From NCBI GenBank assembly GCA_038078755.1, contig JBBTSQ010000025.1:7099-56449 (forward strand): a stretch of DNA of 49,351 bases, given 5' to 3'. The translations under genes were made by a program, and so were the position numbers. Position 1 is the stretch's first letter. Each line of letters opens with the position of its first letter. Below are positions 40,180-47,793 of the stretch, in pieces. The notes beneath the pieces are model-generated. The model had not been told where the DNA came from. It searched no databases and worked only from the letters and a program-made list of their open reading frames with translations. Source of the stretch: Patescibacteria group bacterium. GTDB taxonomy: Bacteria > Patescibacteriota > Minisyncoccia > Phycocordibacterales > JBAYGS01.

Positions 40180-41847
40180 CTACTTCCTCTTTCCCTTCCC
40201 ATTTCCCCGAGCAATCGAAGCCTTCACAAAGGCGGTAAATAATGGGTGTGGGTGGAGCGGGCGGGCTTTGAGCTCGGGGTGGAATTGGGTGCCGAGGAAA
40301 AATGGATGGGTATCGGTTGAAAGTTCGGCAATTTCGCACAGTGACCCATCCGGCGAGGTACCCGAAAACACCAGCCCGGCTGAAGCAAGCTCGCCGACAT
40401 AGGCCGGATTGACTTCGTAGCGATGACGGTGACGTTCTGAAATAGTATCGACACCGTAAGCTTTTTCGGCAAGAGAACCTTTGACGAGATGCGCATGGTA
40501 AGCGCCGAGTCGCATTGAGGCGCCATATCTGCCTTCCGCCAAATGCTTCTTTTGCTCGGGCATAATGTCGATCACCACTTTTTCTGCGTTGGGATTGATT
40601 TCGGCGGTGTTGGCATCCTTAAAGCCCAGCACGTTTCGAGCATATTCGATCACCAGTAGTTGCATACCATAACAAAGTCCAAAATATGGGATTTTGTGTA
40701 TGCGAGCATATTCAATCGCTTTCAATTTTCCTAGAATCCCCGACTCACCAAACCCGCCCGGCACCAATATGCCGTCAAATTTTTTCAGCTCATCCACTTT
40801 CTTTTTCTTGTCCTCAAACTCTTTCGCATTGACCCATGTCAAATTGGCTTTGACCCCGAGATTGTAGGCAGAATATTTGATCGCCTCAATCACCGACAAA
40901 TACGCGTCTGAAAGTACAAAGTCTCCAGTATCAAAATATTTTCCCACCACCGCGATATTGACTTCGCCGACGGTATTTTTGGTCTTGTGTATAAAATTGC
41001 GCCACGGCACTAAACCATCTTCTTTATTTTTGCTTTTGAGTTTCAAACGCTTGAGCACAATCTGCGCTAATTTATCTTTTTCAAAATTGATCGGCACGTC
41101 ATAGACACTATCGATATCCGGCGCCGAGATGACATGGTCAGCAAAGACGTTGCACGACACCGCGATTTTCTCTTTACGCTTGTGATCGAGGGGCGACCTA
41201 CTTCGAGCGATCAAGATATCGGGCTGGACGCCGTAGGAGTTGAGCTGACGGACCGCGTTTTGGGTCGGCCGAGTCTTCATTTCGCCCAAGGTGCTTGGAA
41301 TCGGCAAGTAGCTCACCATAATAAACAGCACATCGTTGGGATATTTTATTTTCAGCGTTCGAGCCGCCTCAATAAACAAAATATTTTGATAGTCCCCGAT
41401 CGTGCCACCGATTTCAATAATCGAGATATTGTTTCCCTCGTTGTCTGCTGATTTTTCAATCCGGCGGATAATCTCGCCAGTGATATGCGGGATCGCTTCC
41501 ACACATTTTCCTTTGTAACCTAAATTACGCTCGCGGTCGATCACGTGCTTGTAGATCATACCGCTCGTGATGTAATTATCATTCGTTAAATCGGTCTCAA
41601 GAAAGCGCTCATAATTGCCCATATCTTGATCGGTCTCAAGACCGGAATCGAGCACAAAGACCTCGCCATGTTCGGTCGGATTCATCGTACCCGCATCGAC
41701 ATTCAAATACGGGTCAATTTTAATCGGGTTTACATTAAACCCTTTCGCTTGTAGGACTTTGCCGAGAGAGGCGGTGGCGATGCCTTTACCGACGCCCGAC
41801 ATCACCCCACCGATGACGAAAATGTATTTGTGGTTCTTTTTGCGCAT
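40180..41847 (-). CDS. pyrG: CTP synthase
   Basis: GGVMSGVGKG N-terminal motif and C-terminal glutaminase GLCYGMQ...HRHRYE. Confidence 0.95.
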   Translation of the reverse strand: MRKKNHKYIFVIGGVMSGVGKGIATASLGKVLQAKGFNVNPIKIDPYLNVDAGTMNPTEHGEVFVLDSGLETDQDMGNYERFLETDLTNDNYITSGMIYKHVIDRERNLGYKGKCVEAIPHITGEIIRRIEKSADNEGNNISIIEIGGTIGDYQNILFIEAARTLKIKYPNDVLFIMVSYLPIPSTLGEMKTRPTQNAVRQLNSYGVQPDILIARSRSPLDHKRKEKIAVSCNVFADHVISAPDIDSVYDVPINFEKDKLAQIVLKRLKLKSKNKEDGLVPWRNFIHKTKNTVGEVNIAVVGKYFDTGDFVLSDAYLSVIEAIKYSAYNLGVKANLTWVNAKEFEDKKKKVDELKKFDGILVPGGFGESGILGKLKAIEYARIHKIPYFGLCYGMQLLVIEYARNVLGFKDANTAEINPNAEKVVIDIMPEQKKHLAEGRYGASMRLGAYHAHLVKGSLAEKAYGVDTISERHRHRYEVNPAYVGELASAGLVFSGTSPDGSLCEIAELSTDTHPFFLGTQFHPELKARPLHPHPLFTAFVKASIARGNGKGKRK

Positions 41848-41865
41848 GAAAATAAATCAAAATGT

Positions 41866-41888
41866 AAAAATCAAAAAGCAAAATGATA
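41866..41888 (+). repeat. left 23-nt inverted repeat bracketing the four-helix-bundle gene
   Basis: AAAAATCAAAAAGCAAAATGATA; 21 of 23 positions match the reverse complement of 42274-42296. Confidence 0.7.
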
Positions 41889-41914
41889 CTGTAAAAGTAA
41901 TAAATAGAAATGCA

Positions 41915-42286
41915 TCATCTTTTTCCTTTGAGGGTAATAATACTTGAAGCGAGCATGTTTGCGATCTGGACCAATTCACCGGACAGTGCGCTAATCTGAG
42001 CCGCAGGGCCCTTTTGCGTATCCCTAAGTAAATCAAGCCAGATTTTTGACTCATTTGCCGATTTGAGCGAATGAGTAAAGAAGTTTATGAAATCTCTGCG
42101 AGAACTCGCCGATTGTGCTTCCACATAATTTGCAAGAACACTGGTACCGCTCCGAAGTAACTGCTTTCCTAACACTCCGCAAGTGGAATCTTTAGGCAGT
42201 GTATCAATAAACGCAATGAGATGCAAAACCCATCGATACAAACGATTCTTGAATTCACTTTTAAATTTTGCCCTATCATTTTGCAC
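41915..42286 (-). CDS. four-helix-bundle protein (23S rRNA intervening-sequence protein / Avd-like family)
   Basis: 123 aa, GTG start, LRSGTSVLANYVEAQSASSRRDFINFF motif. Confidence 0.8.
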   Translation of the reverse strand: MQNDRAKFKSEFKNRLYRWVLHLIAFIDTLPKDSTCGVLGKQLLRSGTSVLANYVEAQSASSRRDFINFFTHSLKSANESKIWLDLLRDTQKGPAAQISALSGELVQIANMLASSIITLKGKR

Positions 42287-42296
42287 TTTGATTTTT
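42274..42296 (-). repeat. right 23-nt inverted repeat (overlaps the gene start)
   Basis: The reverse complement reads AAAAATCAAAGTGCAAAATGATA. Confidence 0.7.
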
Positions 42297-42313
42297 GAAT
42301 TTTAATTTTACTA

Positions 42314-43237
42314 TTATACCTTCAAATAACGTGTGACTGCCAGTGCGCTTGAAATCGCGCCCAGCACCACCCCTACCCCTACGAGAATAAGGAAAAATTG
42401 TCCGAAGTGAGCGAAGTAGTATGTATAGATATTTATTCCCGAAAAAAAGTTGGCGGTAGCAGAACCAAGCCACCTCGTCAGCGGAAAGAAGATCGCGAGG
42501 GTCAAGATACCGGAAGCAAAGCCATAAAGTATGCCTGATACCACAAATGGCCCTCGCACATATTTGTTGCTCGCGCCGACCAGTTTCATTACCGATATTT
42601 CTTCTCGAGAGATGTAGATAATCAAACGAATCGTATTGAAAGCAATGATGATCGAGATGAGGCAAAGGGCGATAGCGATCGCAAGACCGATTTTCTCTGA
42701 ACCATCGATCAGACGAGTGAGCTTGTCTATTGCCTCTTTATTTTGATAGTAGTTCACCTTGTCGATACCGGAAGAACCGTCAGCAAGCGCCAATTTACCT
42801 TTGAGAAAAGTGGCGATACCAGCGTATTCTGATGGATTCTTGGCTTTAATGTTGAGCACTGCGCCGAGCGGATTTTCAGATAATTCATCGAGAGCCTGAA
42901 GCGTCAACTGATCGTCGGCGTGCCGAGTCTTGAAATCGGTCAAGGCCTGCTCGCGAGAGGTATAAGTCACCTCGGCCACTTCCGGCAAAGTTTCGAGAGT
43001 TTTTTGCAAAGCCAGAATGTCGGTTTCCGGCGCGGTGGTGGTAAAGTAGACATTGATATCCACCTTGTCTTTGATTTGTGTAAGTGAGCCCTGAAGCAGC
43101 GCGCTTGAAAAGATAGTCGTACCCACCACAAAAAGTGTAACGGTCATCACCAACACCGAAGAGAGTGACACAAACCCATTGCGCCAGAAATTGACAAACC
43201 CCGCCTTGCACACTCGTTTTATTTTGGTCCAAATCAT
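42314..43237 (-). CDS. ftsX: cell division permease FtsX
   Basis: 307 aa: N-terminal TM, large loop, then three C-terminal TM helices. Directly downstream of ftsE. Confidence 0.85.
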   Translation of the reverse strand: MIWTKIKRVCKAGFVNFWRNGFVSLSSVLVMTVTLFVVGTTIFSSALLQGSLTQIKDKVDINVYFTTTAPETDILALQKTLETLPEVAEVTYTSREQALTDFKTRHADDQLTLQALDELSENPLGAVLNIKAKNPSEYAGIATFLKGKLALADGSSGIDKVNYYQNKEAIDKLTRLIDGSEKIGLAIAIALCLISIIIAFNTIRLIIYISREEISVMKLVGASNKYVRGPFVVSGILYGFASGILTLAIFFPLTRWLGSATANFFSGINIYTYYFAHFGQFFLILVGVGVVLGAISSALAVTRYLKV

Positions 43238-43273
43238 CGGTTTAGAAATTAGATATTAGTAATTAGAAATTTC

Positions 43274-43954
43274 TTAAAGTGCATATTTCCCTTCTTTATC
43301 ATCCCGCACTACCTTGCCATTTTCAAGCGTGATCACTCGGCGTTTGAGCGAATCGATAATACCCTTGTTGTGGGTGGTCAAAATCACCGTGGTGCCTAAG
43401 TCATTAATTTTTTTCAAAATCTGGACGATCTCGTGCGTATTGATCGGGTCGAGATTGCCAGTCGGCTCATCGGCAATAATAATATCCGGCTGATTGACGA
43501 TGGCCCGTGCGATGGCCACTCGTTGTTTTTCACCACCCGAAAGCTCGTGCGGAAAACTCATCATCTTGTGACTTAAATCAACTAAATTAAGTACATGTGG
43601 CACATCGGCGGCGATATCTTCATCACTCTTCCCCGCCGCTTCCATCGCAAAAGCGATATTTTCGTACGCGGTCTTGTGTGGGAGTAGTCGGAAATCTTGA
43701 AAAATTGCTCCGATTCGACGACGCAGTAAATTAATATCTGTACGCTTGAGCTGATGCACATCGGTTGATTCAAAAGAGACGACGCCTTCTGTCGGGCTTT
43801 CTTCTGCCAAGATTAATTTAAGTAGCGTTGTCTTGCCGGCCCCCGAATGTCCGACAATCGACACAAATTCTTTCGGCGATATCGAAAGTGTCACCTCCGC
43901 CAAGGCCACAGAATTATCGGCATATTTTTTTGATACTTTGTCGAAGTGGATCAT
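43274..43954 (-). CDS. ftsE: cell division ATP-binding protein FtsE
   Basis: Walker A GHSGAGKTT, signature LSGGEKQR, Walker B IIIADEPT. Confidence 0.9.
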   Translation of the reverse strand: MIHFDKVSKKYADNSVALAEVTLSISPKEFVSIVGHSGAGKTTLLKLILAEESPTEGVVSFESTDVHQLKRTDINLLRRRIGAIFQDFRLLPHKTAYENIAFAMEAAGKSDEDIAADVPHVLNLVDLSHKMMSFPHELSGGEKQRVAIARAIVNQPDIIIADEPTGNLDPINTHEIVQILKKINDLGTTVILTTHNKGIIDSLKRRVITLENGKVVRDDKEGKYAL

Positions 43955-44074
43955 AGGGATATTCTAACATATTTAAGAATGATTTAAGAATCAAGATGTA
44001 TGATTTAAGAATAATATAAAAAATCCCCCGACCGCACACAAGGTGCAATAGAGGGATACGAAGGGAACAAGGGG

Positions 44075-44881
44075 TCAAGACACAAGGGAACACTCGACTG
44101 CCTCACGAGCCCCGATGCAGGAGTCGCGATTGTCAGAATAGTACCAGCTGAAGCGGACCTCCGAGCTGCCCGGATGCCAGTAACCATGCGCAACCTTGCC
44201 GTCGGGAAGCCTGTTGTTCGGGAAACGCGTCCATGTTTCGGAATCCAAGAAGCCTTTGGTCGCTTTGAAGTAGGTGGCGAAGGCGATGACGTAGCCACGC
44301 AGATCGAGGAAGGTGCGCTTGGTAGCGACCATCTCGTCGGCGGAGAGACCCATCGTGTCTTCGGTCGGCCGTGCTGACCGTTCGATGAACCGGAGCGTGG
44401 GGCGTCCGGTAGCTTCACTGCCACTATAACGCGTCACATCCGTCTCCTCCCAAATGTTGGCGATCGACTTTTGGGACTTGAGAGCCTTCTCCACTGCCTC
44501 GCGGTTGGTGAGGGTGCCGGGGTCATAGACCGCGATCACCTCTTTTTTCCACGGGAGAGTTTCCGGCATCATGAACTGCTTCAAGAGGTCGGGGCGATGG
44601 CCGAAGTATTGCTCGGCGAAGTCCTCGGCTTCTTTGATCGCCTGCGCTGCATTGGTATCGGCGAAGGCGAAGCGAGGAGCTTCCACCTTCGGTGCTTCCG
44701 GCTCGGTAAGACCGAAGCCTCGACGCAGAGCGTCGGGAATCTCGGGAAGATGCTTCTCCCAATATTCGAGCTCTTCTCGATTGAGCGAGGTTGCCACATT
44801 CGCGGCGATTTTCTGACCAAGGAGAAACCCGCGAGCAACAAGCTTCGCGTCTCCTGTTTCCATCAAGGGTATACCATTCAT
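44075..44881 (-). CDS. orphan hypothetical protein (268 aa), GC-rich
   Basis: Start at the ATG giving MNGIPLMETG. Has its own consensus promoter, with many shadow ORFs around it. No family recognised. Confidence 0.5.
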   Translation of the reverse strand: MNGIPLMETGDAKLVARGFLLGQKIAANVATSLNREELEYWEKHLPEIPDALRRGFGLTEPEAPKVEAPRFAFADTNAAQAIKEAEDFAEQYFGHRPDLLKQFMMPETLPWKKEVIAVYDPGTLTNREAVEKALKSQKSIANIWEETDVTRYSGSEATGRPTLRFIERSARPTEDTMGLSADEMVATKRTFLDLRGYVIAFATYFKATKGFLDSETWTRFPNNRLPDGKVAHGYWHPGSSEVRFSWYYSDNRDSCIGAREAVECSLVS

Positions 44882-44962
44882 GGTGTTTCCTTTCCTTTTT
44901 GTTTGATTTTCCAAGGAACAGGCGAATTTTCGGCACAATGCCTCAATTTCTGTTCTGCGTAT

Positions 44963-44992
44963 ATTATATCATACTTGATAGAGAAAAGTCAA
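44963..44992 (-). promoter_or_regulatory. promoter TTGACT-18-TATAAT for the 44075-44881 ORF
   Basis: The minus strand reads TTGACTtttctctatcaagtatgaTATAAT. Confidence 0.6.
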
Positions 44993-45007
44993 GCATTTTA
45001 TGGGTAT

Positions 45008-45042
45008 GTCAAAATACCCTTGTAAAACAAGGGTATTTTGAC
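45008..45042. repeat. 35-nt palindromic hairpin, family shared with 1896-1930
   Basis: GTCAAAATACCCTTG-taaaa-CAAGGGTATTTTGAC. It lies 15 nt from the -35 box and 8 nt after the prfB stop. Confidence 0.8.
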
Positions 45043-45049
45043 ATAATAA

Positions 45050-45946
45050 CTAAGACAAATTTTTTTCGGCCGAGATAAACAGTTCGATGTCCCCTTCGAG
45101 CACCTTGTCTACTTGAGAGGTCTCGACGTCCGTGCGATGGTCTTTGACCATTTTGTATGGATGCGTGACGTACGAGCGGATTTGGTTACCCCACTCAATT
45201 GCAGTGGTTTTGCTAATATACATTCCCTTCTCACGGGCGATACGTTCTTCTTCGCGGAGTTTGTAGAGCTTGGCTTTCAAGATTTGTAATCCTTTTTCTT
45301 TGTTCTGCCCCTGACTGCGTTCGGAAGTGACATGTACAGAAAGTTTGGTTGGCAGATGCACAATGCGTACAGCCGTCTCACGCTTGTTTACATTTTGTCC
45401 GCCAGGACCGCCGGCACGAGCGGTAGTCACCTCCAGCTCATCTTCAGGAATATCCATTTCATTTGTCTTTTCAAATTTTGGAATCACCTCCACCATCGAA
45501 AATGATGTGTGGCGGAGCTGTTTGGCATTAAACGGCGAAATACGCACGAGACGATGGACACCGGATTCGTGTTTGAGCGTGCCGTAGATACCTGCCCGAC
45601 TACGTTCAGGCGGGTTTTTCCCTGAAATTTCAATCGTCACATTTCGGTAGCCTCCGTGATCGTTGGTATTTTCATGAATAGTGCTATAGCCCCAGCCTTT
45701 TTGGGCGATATATTTCTGATACATATGGAGAAGCATCCCCGAAAAATCTTCAGCGTCATCCCCGCCCGCTCCGGAGAAAATAGTCATAATAGCGTCACCT
45801 TTGTCATATTTTCCGCCACCTTCGATTTCTGATTTAAGGTCACTGATAGCCTTGAGAGTGGCTTGTGCCCGATTTTTGTCGGCCCAAAAATCGGGCGCAG
45901 AAAGCGTCGCTTCGAGATCTGCTAATTGTTTCTTTTTGTCATCCAT
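45050..45946 (-). CDS. prfB: peptide chain release factor 2 (short, no programmed frameshift)
   Basis: SPF tripeptide (RISPFNAK) and GGQ ([10 protein letters not shown]). A single uninterrupted ORF starting [12 protein letters not shown]. Confidence 0.9.
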   Translation of the reverse strand: MDDKKKQLADLEATLSAPDFWADKNRAQATLKAISDLKSEIEGGGKYDKGDAIMTIFSGAGGDDAEDFSGMLLHMYQKYIAQKGWGYSTIHENTNDHGGYRNVTIEISGKNPPERSRAGIYGTLKHESGVHRLVRISPFNAKQLRHTSFSMVEVIPKFEKTNEMDIPEDELEVTTARAGGPGGQNVNKRETAVRIVHLPTKLSVHVTSERSQGQNKEKGLQILKAKLYKLREEERIAREKGMYISKTTAIEWGNQIRSYVTHPYKMVKDHRTDVETSQVDKVLEGDIELFISAEKNLS

Positions 45947-46066
45947 TACAAACAACACTATACCAAAGATTGATTAAAAAGGTAGGTTTGCCCAGCACCT
46001 GTAGCCCAAAGGTGCTGGGTCCTCAATTTTACAACCACAGCATCGGAATGCGTGTGGGTAAAATTG

Positions 46067-46106
46067 GGAAAAGAAAACCGCCTAGCACCGTTATGGTGCT
46101 AGGCGG
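46067..46106 (-). terminator. rho-independent terminator on the minus strand
   Basis: The minus strand reads CCGCCTAGCACC-ataa-GGTGCTAGGCGG followed by TTTTCTTTTCC. Confidence 0.7.
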
Positions 46107-46461
46107 AAAAGCCTGCCGAGGCGAGTGTTAATGCAGTGACTGATGGTTGTGGGAGAGACAACCAGGGGGAGCGTATCCGGCAGAAGGCTCAGTCGGGATG
46201 CACTCAAGATGGACGTGTCGATTTTACACACCACCAAGGATCAACCGAGAACAGACATGCAAGACATCTTTTCTCTTTACCGGGAGAATACACTCCCGAG
46301 GTTATTCAACGACCCGCCTCGACAGAAAAATTCAAAACAAAGAACAGGCTACGGAGACTAGCTTGATGTAGCCTGATTAGGAAACACCGGCTTTACCCGA
46401 TTATCCCTCAAGTCTCCGTAGCAAAATTAGTATACGATATCTGCAAAAAGATGCAACTGAC
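46107..46461 (-). ncRNA. unassigned candidate non-coding RNA region downstream of the tRNA-Thr pair
   Basis: No credible ORF on the minus strand, while all three plus-strand frames are stop-free for about 215 nt. 11-bp stem CTACGGAGACT/AGTCTCCGTAG. Bounded by tRNA-Thr and a terminator. Confidence 0.35.
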
Positions 46462-46537
46462 TGGAGCCGAAGACCAGAATCGAACTGGTGACCTACCGAT
46501 TACGAATCGGTTGCTCTACCAACTGAGCTACTTCGGC
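46462..46537 (-). tRNA. tRNA-Thr (anticodon CGU), CCA encoded
   Basis: GCCGAAGTAGCTCAGTTGGTAGAGCAACCGATTCGTAATCGGTAGGTCACCAGTTCGATTCTGGTCTTCGGCTCCA. Confidence 0.9.
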
Positions 46538-46568
46538 GTACACATATATTACTACACTTAAAATTTTG

Positions 46569-46641
46569 AGCCGTTGAGCAGGATTGAACTGCTGACCTCG
46601 TCATTACCAATGACGTGCTCTACCAACTGAGCTACAACGGC
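46569..46641 (-). tRNA. tRNA-Thr (anticodon GGU)
   Basis: GCCGTTGTAGCTCAGTTGGTAGAGCACGTCATTGGTAATGACGAGGTCAGCAGTTCAATCCTGCTCAACGGCT. Confidence 0.9.
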
Positions 46642-46877
46642 AATAATTTTGATTTCAAAAACTTTCTACCCGCGGCTGATTTTAAATACAATTCATGTTT
46701 CCGAGCTTCTACAGAAGTATCATACTCTTTTGTATAAACAACTACCAGATTCTTCATTGCACTCGTAGTCCGAGTGTGTCCACCCCTATGTTCCCCTAGA
46801 CGACGAGAAAGATTGGTTGTCATACCCTTATACAACAAACCCCTCTCATCTTCCAAAACATAGACTGTATATCTCAT
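46632..46877 (-). CDS. stand-alone GIY-YIG nuclease family protein (81 aa)
   Basis: MRYTVYVLEDERGLLYKGMTTNLSRRLGEH...ARKHELYLK. The stop codon lies inside the first 10 nt of tRNA-Thr(GGU). Confidence 0.8.
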   Translation of the reverse strand: MRYTVYVLEDERGLLYKGMTTNLSRRLGEHRGGHTRTTSAMKNLVVVYTKEYDTSVEARKHELYLKSAAGRKFLKSKLLPL

Positions 46878-46890
46878 TAACTTAATGTAT

Positions 46891-46950
46891 CAACTGAGCC
46901 CCGCCCGTACCGGACTACCGTCTTCGGTACGTTCGGGCGGGTACAACGGC
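46891..46950 (-). pseudogene. duplicated 5' end of tRNA-Thr(GGU) split by a 42-nt GC hairpin
   Basis: CAACTGAGC + CCCGCCCGTACCGGACTACCGTCTTCGGTACGTTCGGGCGGG + TACAACGGC, versus the contiguous CAACTGAGCTACAACGGC at 46624-46641. Confidence 0.7.
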
Positions 46951-47042
46951 TTTATTTTGCGAACTTCGTAAGAGTACTACAATCACTCAATATTTTCAAT
47001 CAAAAGAAAAACCGCGTCGCTTTGCAACACGGTTTTGAAAAA

Positions 47043-47714
47043 CTAGCATTTGCCTCGCCAAGGAACAAAGTTTTCGGAGACACATTGCAATTGTCCCGGA
47101 GCTCCTCTTGCGATACCATCCCCATACACCGTCACGGAGGCATTTTGAATCACCCCCGCTTTGTATCGCGTCAGCGCTTCGTCGATAGAAAACCGATGCA
47201 CCAGGCGTTGAAACAAAATCAACCAGTGAGCATGAACAACCATCAGCACATTTTGTCCGGCATAGTCCCGACTCAACGTGCCCAAAAAGCTGTGAATCCG
47301 AAGTTCGATGTCCGGCCAATTCTCACCACCAATCGGTCGATAGTGATACAAGCCTTCGCGCTCTTTACGGGCGGACTCGTGTGGAAAATCTCGATCGATT
47401 TGGTCCTTGGTCATTGTGTGCCAAATACCACGCTGAGCCTCAGCGAGTCGCGGATCTTCGTACACCGAAGAAGTTCCCGGATACATAATCTTCATCGTTT
47501 CTTTTGAACGAGTGTAGTAAGAAACATACCGAACATCAAACGGACCGTACGTTTCTCGAAGAAATGCCCCCGTAATCTTTGCCTGTTCCCGACCTCGGAC
47601 AGTAAGCTTGTATTCGTGAGTTGACACATCATACTGTGCCCGCTCATCAACACTAAGCACATTACCTTCAGATTCTGCGTGTCTAACCAGGACCAACTGT
47701 CTAGGCCATGCCAT
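47043..47714 (-). CDS. histidine phosphatase family protein (phosphoglycerate-mutase-like)
   Basis: LVLVRHAESEGN catalytic RHG-type motif and a later VVHAHW. Confidence 0.8.
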   Translation of the reverse strand: MAWPRQLVLVRHAESEGNVLSVDERAQYDVSTHEYKLTVRGREQAKITGAFLRETYGPFDVRYVSYYTRSKETMKIMYPGTSSVYEDPRLAEAQRGIWHTMTKDQIDRDFPHESARKEREGLYHYRPIGGENWPDIELRIHSFLGTLSRDYAGQNVLMVVHAHWLILFQRLVHRFSIDEALTRYKAGVIQNASVTVYGDGIARGAPGQLQCVSENFVPWRGKC

Positions 47715-47793
47715 ATTTTTCCTTTCTTTTTATAGAACATTACTCTATACCCACTTTACTCGAGACACCCAAAAAGTCAACTTTAAAAAACGG

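Noticed and set aside
41915-42286. Diversity-generating retroelement, based on the Avd-like four-helix-bundle gene
   Set aside because: No reverse transcriptase ORF and no template/variable repeat pair exist anywhere in the window. The neighbours are pyrG and ftsX.
45947-46020. Programmed +1 frameshift exon of prfB
   Set aside because: The upstream sequence has stops in all frames within 40 nt and promoter-like boxes, and no CTT TGA C motif.
46107-46461. tmRNA or SRP RNA assignment for the unassigned region next to tRNA-Thr
   Set aside because: No tRNA-like T-arm (GGTTCGA..), acceptor pairing with a CCA end or tag reading frame is present, and no GGAA tetraloop/AGCAGC-type SRP domain IV motif is found on either strand.
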